Source: Candidatus Hodarchaeota archaeon (GTDB lineage: Archaea > Asgardarchaeota > Heimdallarchaeia > Hodarchaeales > Hodarchaeaceae). From it: a stretch of 64,000 nt of DNA. Within the stretch, counting starts at the first letter, position 1; every line of letters begins with the position of its first letter. This document shows positions 61,661-64,000 of this stretch, in pieces. The position numbers were made by a program, and so were the translations under genes. The notes under the pieces were generated by a model. That model was not told the origin of the DNA. It was given only the letters and a program-made list of their open reading frames with translations, and made no database searches. The stretch is from the NCBI GenBank assembly GCA_029856365.1, contig JAHQWW010000006.1, forward strand, positions 21,555 to 85,554. The letters are read 5' to 3'.

Positions 61661-63211
61661 TTGGAAAAAATAGATCTAATTAAAATCTTCTTAGAGCATA
61701 ACTTCAATGTTACAGCAGACGCTTTGGATTATTTACTTCAAAAAAATATATCAGAAGAATCACTAAAAGAAGGAATTAAGAGGATCCCCCAAGACATTCC
61801 TGTAATCAATCTGATAGCTGTAGAAAAATTTTTAGAACCTCTTGATCAACCTCTTCAGCCGATTAAAGAGGAAATTATAGGAAAAGATAACAAATTTATA
61901 CAAAAACAGGTTAAAGAACCCAGTGTTCCTACCATTCATAGTTTTCCTTTACATACTACAATTAAAACTGATATCCCTGAACGAACTTCTGATAAACCAG
62001 ATATTTCTGCTTTTAGACAATTATTTCGAAATCGTTTTGATCAGCTTTCCAATATTCTCAAGAAAAATCTTAATAGTTCTGAGACGATTTTAAAAAGAAA
62101 TCTTCCCACAGAAGAAATTCCACAAATTAAAAGCGGAATTCTTATCGGGATGGTTCAGGATACTCGAGTTTTACATACAAACAAGTTTGTTATCCAACTA
62201 GAGGATCCAGAAAGTGAAATAATTACGAATTGTGTAATGGTCCAGGATAGTGATAGTTTTCCTGAATATCGAGACATTATCCGAGATACTATAATAGGGA
62301 TATCAGGTATCTTACCCAAGAATTTTAGAGGAGGGGATATAACGGCCTTTTGGGGGAAAGATATTATAAGACCAGGATTTTTACCAATAAAATTCAAACC
62401 TACTTCTGATTCTCGGAAAATTCTGTTCATTGCTGACATACATTTTGGTTCAAAATATTTTTCACGAAGTGTTTTTGCTAAATTAATCAAATTTTTAACC
62501 TTGAAGGATTTAAATCCATTATATGAGAATATTGCCTCAAAAGTTGATAGTATCATAATTGCAGGAGATCTTGTAGATGGTATAGGGCATTTTTCAGACC
62601 AAAAAGACCAAATTTCGTTACATTCACTCCAAACACAATATGAACACCTAGCAACATTTCTAATGGAAATTCCAACACATATCCAAATTATTGTTATTCC
62701 TGGAGAACATGATGCAACACTAACAGCCCTTCCTCAACCAGCAATCGACAAAAAGATTGCTAAGTCTCTTTTAGCTTTACCAAATCTGATGAGTCATGGT
62801 AATCCTCTACGTTTATCAGTTGAGAATTTGAACTTATTAGTGTTTCACGGGCAAGGTAATTATACCTTTTATCAAAAACAATTTCAGCAGGAACAATTCA
62901 ACCCAATATTGGGGATAAAACACCTTTTGGAATATCGACATCTTTGTCCTGAATATGGATCATTTTATCCCCTTGCTCCTTTTAAAAAAGATTATTTAGT
63001 CATAGATGAAATACCTGAAGTCGTTGTCTCTGGCCATTTCCATCAAGCACATTATGAGGAGTACAAAGGAGTAAAAATTATTACATGTGGAACTTTTCAA
63101 CGAAAACACCAAAAATTGTCTCATATAGGAAATGATGTATCCATAGGAATAGTTCCTGTCCTTGATACTGTCTCAGGAAATGTGGATATGATAGATCTAA
63201 CGATCTTATGA
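61661..63211 (+). CDS. polB: DNA polymerase D small subunit DP1-like protein
   Basis: OB fold, then phosphoesterase motifs DIH, GDLVDG, PGEHD, FHG, RHLCP, GHFH. Confidence 0.85.
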   Translation: MEKIDLIKIFLEHNFNVTADALDYLLQKNISEESLKEGIKRIPQDIPVINLIAVEKFLEPLDQPLQPIKEEIIGKDNKFIQKQVKEPSVPTIHSFPLHTTIKTDIPERTSDKPDISAFRQLFRNRFDQLSNILKKNLNSSETILKRNLPTEEIPQIKSGILIGMVQDTRVLHTNKFVIQLEDPESEIITNCVMVQDSDSFPEYRDIIRDTIIGISGILPKNFRGGDITAFWGKDIIRPGFLPIKFKPTSDSRKILFIADIHFGSKYFSRSVFAKLIKFLTLKDLNPLYENIASKVDSIIIAGDLVDGIGHFSDQKDQISLHSLQTQYEHLATFLMEIPTHIQIIVIPGEHDATLTALPQPAIDKKIAKSLLALPNLMSHGNPLRLSVENLNLLVFHGQGNYTFYQKQFQQEQFNPILGIKHLLEYRHLCPEYGSFYPLAPFKKDYLVIDEIPEVVVSGHFHQAHYEEYKGVKIITCGTFQRKHQKLSHIGNDVSIGIVPVLDTVSGNVDMIDLTIL

Positions 63212-63239
63212 ATGGTAATAGTATATGTATCTTCCACAA

Positions 63240-64000
63240 TTACCATCTGATTTTTCCTGATATCATTTTATCTTCTCTTAAAGTAGATTCTAATAACGAC
63301 TTTGGAATACTAAACCGAATTTCTTTTGTTCTACCATGTCTTCCTCGTGATACAACTCGTGCACTAATTATTCCTAGAGCATCTAGCTCATTTATAAGAT
63401 CACCAACACGTCTTTGGGTCAAGGAATCCATTCCTATCTCTTTGCATAAGCGAGAATATTCTTCATAGACATCTCCAGTAGACACAGTATTCGAATTATC
63501 AATGAGATTCTCCAAAAAATATATGGATAAAATGACCATTTTTGATTGTAATGGTAAAGTGCTAATTACCTCTGTTATAGTATTCCTTTCTATTGCACCT
63601 TGGGCTTTTTTAACGTGTGTTTGGTTGATTATTTCGGTACCTTCTCTCTCTGCCGTTTCTGCAGAGACCCGCAAGAGATCGATCGCACGACGAGCATCGC
63701 CATGTTCTTGTGCCGCTATGGCTGCTATCATATTGATAACACCTTCAGATAATGTTTCTTCTTGAAAAGCTAATTTTGCTCTCTCAATTAAAATGTCAGT
63801 TATCTCAGGAGCTTCATACGGTTTGAAAACAAGTTCCTCCTCAGACAGTGAAGATAATACTCGTGGATCCAAATATTCTTTGAATTTTAAATCGTTAGAT
63901 ATTCCAATCAGACTCACTTTTGCACGACTTAGATCTGAATTTATCCGTGTTAAATTATAGAGGGTTTCATTACCAGATTATTTTATTAAACTATCTATTT
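63240..64000 (-). CDS. cdc6: Cdc6/Orc1 initiator, 5' end outside the window, in-frame TAA at 63978-63980
   Basis: LYNLTRIN, IGISN, LDPRV.SSL, GDARRAIDLLR, winged helix with GRHGRT; frame continues past the stop to the IDSL Walker-B remnant. Confidence 0.9.

Noticed and set aside
63978-63980. Selenocysteine/pyrrolysine recoding or an alternative genetic code at the cdc6 stop
   Set aside because: The codon is TAA, not TGA or TAG, and TAA terminates many genes normally in this window

Overview
AT-rich archaeal chromosomal segment, almost certainly from an Asgard archaeon. Heimdallarchaeia is likely, inferred from the Rab-like GTPase, roadblock protein, ribophorin-I/Wbp1/eukaryote-type STT3, two-domain RPB5 and Sec61a-like SecY. 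Most of it is core informational DNA: RNA polymerase A'/A''/B/H, NusA, Spt5, a TFS-like protein, ribosomal proteins, ribosome-biogenesis factors, ValRS, TiaS, DHS, PolD DP1 and Cdc6, with the canonical archaeal operons broken up. There are three tRNAs (Ala-TGC; Gln-TTG with a T-loop intron; Arg-GCG with two non-canonical introns). I saw no mobile elements or CRISPR arrays. Best leads: (1) an unannotated box C/D sRNA (21495-21564, minus) whose two guides point at peptidyl-transferase-centre positions that are also methylated in eukaryotes; (2) a deacetylase-AcpS-FkbH-ACP-acyltransferase cluster beside STT3, a candidate ACP-dependent glycan glyceroylation system; (3) a pilin / Rab-like GTPase / KaiC-like ATPase / roadblock / FIST / MFS signalling module; (4) an EMC3/TMCO1-family insertase carrying a ~215-aa inserted extracellular domain. 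All family calls come from motif recognition by eye; no database searches were run.
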